Shown piece by piece: positions 61,092 to 64,000 of a DNA stretch of 64,000 nucleotides. Under the pieces are notes generated by a model, which saw only the letters and a list, made by a program, of their open reading frames with translations, searched no databases and was not told the origin of the DNA. Source of the stretch: Lama glama (Eukaryota); the NCBI GenBank assembly GCA_028534125.1, contig CM052820.1:372001-436000 (forward strand), given 5' to 3'. Position numbers and translations under genes: made by a program. The stretch's first letter is position 1, and each line of letters starts with the position of its first letter.

Positions 61092-61178
61092 GTGAGGCCC
61101 CACCCGGGCCGCTGGCAGTTCCGGTCCTCCTGGGCCCCGCCCGGGGCCGTGCCCTCACGGTTCTGTCCTTGCCCCCAG

Positions 61179-61394
61179 GACAAACGTGCTGTGGAGAGGC
61201 TGGAAGTGGAGAAGGCGTTCCACCCCTTCATCGCGGGGCCTTACAACCGCCTCGTCGGTGAGATCATGCAGGAGACAGGGACCCGAATCAACATACCCCC
61301 GCCCAGCGTCAACCGGACGGAGATCGTCTTCACCGGAGAGAAGGAGCAGCTGGCTCAGGCAGTGGCTCGCATCAGGAAGATTTACGAGGAGAAG
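61179..61394 (+). CDS. HDLBP: HDLBP exon 7 (DKRAVERLEVEK...RKIYEEK; KH with variant GPYN loop), 216 bp
   Basis: Acceptor gcccccag|GAC, donor AAG|gtagcg. Confidence 0.97.
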
Positions 61395-61841
61395 GTAGCG
61401 GCAGCGAGGAGGGAAGCCCCCCCGGCGGGAGCAGAGGACAGGCCTTGCCAGCCCAGCCCCACCCTGTGCCCTGGGTGTCCTTCTGTGCCTGGACAGCCTC
61501 GGTCTCTGGCCGGAAGGTGGTGCCCGTGCTCCCCGTGGCTGTCGGGCAGAGGGCAGAGCGCTGTGCAGGGCGGCTGCCCCCACGCCAGCCCCCTGCCCTT
61601 GATGCCCAGGGCACCCCCTCGGGGCTGATCGGGCTCTGAAACTTGGTCCCTAGTTGAGGGAGAGCACTTGGTGTTCTCACTTCCTCCTGGTTGCAGTCAT
61701 CAGTCTCAAGTGGGTCTTCTGAGGAGAAAACCTAGTTCTTGAGGACTGGAATTTCTGGAGGGGGCTGCTCATTGTCTTCCCTTAGCTTGCTCTGGAGCCC
61801 CCCTTCCTGCCCTCTGACACCCGCATGGTGCTCTCACTTAG

Positions 61842-62048
61842 AAAAAGAAGACCACGACCATCGCGGTGGAGGTGAAGAAGTCCCAGCACAAGTACGTCAT
61901 CGGGCCCAAGGGCAACTCCCTGCAGGAGATCCTGGAGAGAACAGGCGTTTCTGTGGAGATCCCGCCTTCGGACAGCGCCTCTGAGACCGTGATCCTCCGG
62001 GGCGAGCCCGAAAAGCTGGGGCAGGCGCTGACTGAAGTCTATGCCAAG
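61842..62048 (+). CDS. HDLBP: HDLBP exon 8 (KKKTTTIAVEVKK...LTEVYAK; KH, GPKG), 207 bp
   Basis: Acceptor ctcacttag|AAA, donor AAG|gtaact. Confidence 0.97.
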
Positions 62049-62171
62049 GTAACTGCTCCTTGCGGGGACAGACTCCGGATTAGCGATTCCCAGGGCCAGT
62101 GCAGGGGCGCGGGGGGCGGGGGCGTTGGCGTGACCAGACTCCGCAGACCCACTCGTTACCTGCTCTCCCAG

Positions 62172-62279
62172 GCCAACAGCTTTACAGTCTCCTCTGTCTC
62201 TGCGCCTTCCTGGCTTCACCGCTTCATCATCGGCAAGAAAGGGCAGAACCTGGCCAAAATCACTCAGCAGATGCCAAAG
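62172..62279 (+). CDS. HDLBP: HDLBP exon 9 (ANSFTVSSVSAPSWLHRFIIGKKGQNLAKITQQMPK), 108 bp
   Basis: Acceptor ctctcccag|GCC, donor AAG|gtgagg. Confidence 0.97.
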
Positions 62280-63146
62280 GTGAGGGAGCCTTCACCTGCT
62301 GCTTTGAGGTGGCCTCTGTCGGCCCTCCCCGCACGTCTGGTCCTGTGGGTGCCTGTGAAGACTGGGGTGCTGCGTGTTTTAAGCATCAGTTGTTGTGTGG
62401 CACTCAGCTGTTCCGCGGTTAGCTGAGCAAGAGCAGAGTAAGTTTTTTGAAGTACCTGTGCCATGTTTTGGTCTCTGTAACAAGAGGAAGCGTGTGTATT
62501 GCTGGGTTTCATGACTGTCTCAGGGAACATCTCATTCGGTGACATGGAGTGCTTGCTTCTGAGCGGTTACGTCTGCGGGCTGTGTGGAGCTGGGGCCGCC
62601 CGTCCCTGCGTCTGCCCTGCAGCCCTTTAAGTTCTGCGAGGAGGCAGGAGGGCTGCTGGGCTGGAAGGGCCGGAAGGGCTGGAAGCAGCAGGGACCACAC
62701 GTGCTGTCTTGCCCCCCCGCCGGCCGTCGTGCGTGTTAGGGGCCGTGCCCCGGCTCACGCTGGCTGGGGTGCCTCTTGGGCTTCACTCCTGACCTGGCGT
62801 CTTGGAGCTGAGCAGCAGGGCCTGTCTGGACCGCGGTCGGGCAGCTGTGCTGGGTTGAAGCTCTCCCTGTGGCCACTCGTCCAGCCCCCTGGTCCCCGGG
62901 CGGCGTGTGCACCTCACACCCAGGGTATTGGTGACGCACGGTGGGAGGGCCTCCTTCTCCAGGTTCCACACTGTATTTCCTACCAAAATCACGCTCGCCC
63001 CCAGACCCCCGTCCACCTCACTGGTGCCGGTGGATGCACGTTTGTAAAAGCTTTTGGGATCTGCTGCTGCCCTGGAGAACGCTCACGGGTTCTCGGAGGT
63101 CACCGGTGCCTGCTGTCTCAGTGGACGACTTGTTCTGGTGTGGCAG

Positions 63147-63251
63147 GTTCACGTCGAGTTCACAGAGGGTGAGGACAGGATCACCCTGGAAGGCCCCACG
63201 GAGGACGTCAGCGTGGCCCAGGAGCAGATCGAAGCCATGGTCAAGGACTTG
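63147..63251 (+). CDS. HDLBP: HDLBP exon 10 (VHVEFTEGEDRITLEGPTEDVSVAQEQIEAMVKDL), 105 bp
   Basis: Acceptor gtggcag|GTT, donor TTG|gtaggc. Confidence 0.96.
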
Positions 63252-63547
63252 GTAGGCATCCCTGCAGCCCTCTGGGTGCTGGCCGAGTGGGGCGGGGCCT
63301 GATCTTGCCAGTCAGACCTGCGGTGGGTGGGTTGGAGGCGCCGAAGGGTGGCCCCTGGTGAGCAGAGGAAACCCTGTTTTGAAGGACGCCTGCAGGAACA
63401 CCTTGCCGCAGCTCCTGCCAGCTCAGTGGGGAGGGAAAGGGGCAGCTGTCGGCTTCTGGGCCTCGCTTCTGGCTGTTTGCATGTCTGGGCACGCTCCTTG
63501 GGCTCAGATGCCTGTGTCCACGGGCCCGCTCTGTGCCCCTCCCGCAG

Positions 63548-63626
63548 GTTAACCGGATGGACTATGTGGAGATCAACATCGACCACAAGTTCCACCGACA
63601 CCTCATCGGGAAGAGCGGAGCCAACA
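63548..63626 (+). CDS. HDLBP: HDLBP exon 11 (VNRMDYVEINIDHKFHRHLIGKSGAN-I), 79 bp
   Basis: Acceptor cccgcag|GTT, donor AACA|gtgagt; KH GKSG loop. Confidence 0.96.
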
Positions 63627-64000
63627 GTGAGTGAGGCGGACAGGGCGCGGGAGAGATGAGTCGTGGCCTGGCCCAGCCGGGTCTCCCCCGGGGCCGTGGT
63701 GGGCCTGGAGCTGTCTAGCCCAGAGGTTCCCTGCGTGCCCAAGGGTCGTGTGCTCACATTTCAGCCAGAGCTGTGGGGTGGAGGCCGCTGGTTCTGCAGT
63801 CCTCAGTGTTCACCACCGAGCCCGCCCCAGCCTGCAGCTCTCCCAGGGGTCAGAGCTTTGCACTCTCGGGCCCACATCACGCGGCGCAGGGAGGGTTCTT
63901 TTGGGCGAGCAGGGATCTGTCAGCCCAGGCTCAGCCTTGGACTGAACTGTGTCGGTTGTACAAGTGTGGGGCGTCGGGAGTGTGCCAGGTGAGCACTCTG

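Larger units (their letters stand above)
20250..63626 (+). other. HDLBP: HDLBP (vigilin) gene span (partial; continues past the right edge)
   Basis: Nine coding exons splice into one open frame of 1372 nt matching the vigilin N-terminus and first KH domains. Confidence 0.97.

Noticed and set aside
1-64000. CRISPR arrays, operons, defence systems or an additional novel gene
   Set aside because: Spliced mammalian locus; no repeat-spacer array, and no exon chain other than SEPT2 and HDLBP was found.

Overview
Mammalian genomic DNA, most likely camelid (alpaca, vicuna or camel), judged from a young tRNA-Ala-derived Vic-1-type SINE. It holds the head-to-head pair SEPTIN2 (SEPT2, minus strand) and HDLBP/vigilin (plus strand). 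SEPT2 runs from exon 1 to the ASIPF...TML exon and continues off the left edge; the LKPLDV...AKAD...KKR exon is absent and most likely lies in the 100-N gap at 3712-3811. HDLBP has two alternative first exons, a non-coding exon 2 and coding exons 3-11 (N-terminus and first KH modules), and continues off the right edge. The genes share a bidirectional CpG-island promoter at about 19.2-21.3 kb. A second CpG island at about 47 kb is a TATA-containing internal HDLBP promoter. Introns carry L1, L2, MIR, MLT1 LTR, MER DNA-transposon and simple-repeat sequence. Nearly all ORFs in the six-frame track are spurious, and I see no prokaryote-type system or new gene. The most interesting signals are in the 5' leaders: a stop/start-overlapped uORF pair in HDLBP exon 1a whose second member is in frame with vigilin, an AUG-free alternative leader, and an open in-frame 5' extension of SEPT2. 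Also notable are two stop-free 3n introns in HDLBP and a weak-to-strong amino-acid substitution bias. Comparisons to human proteins, human exon sizes and repeat subfamilies are from memory, not from a database search.
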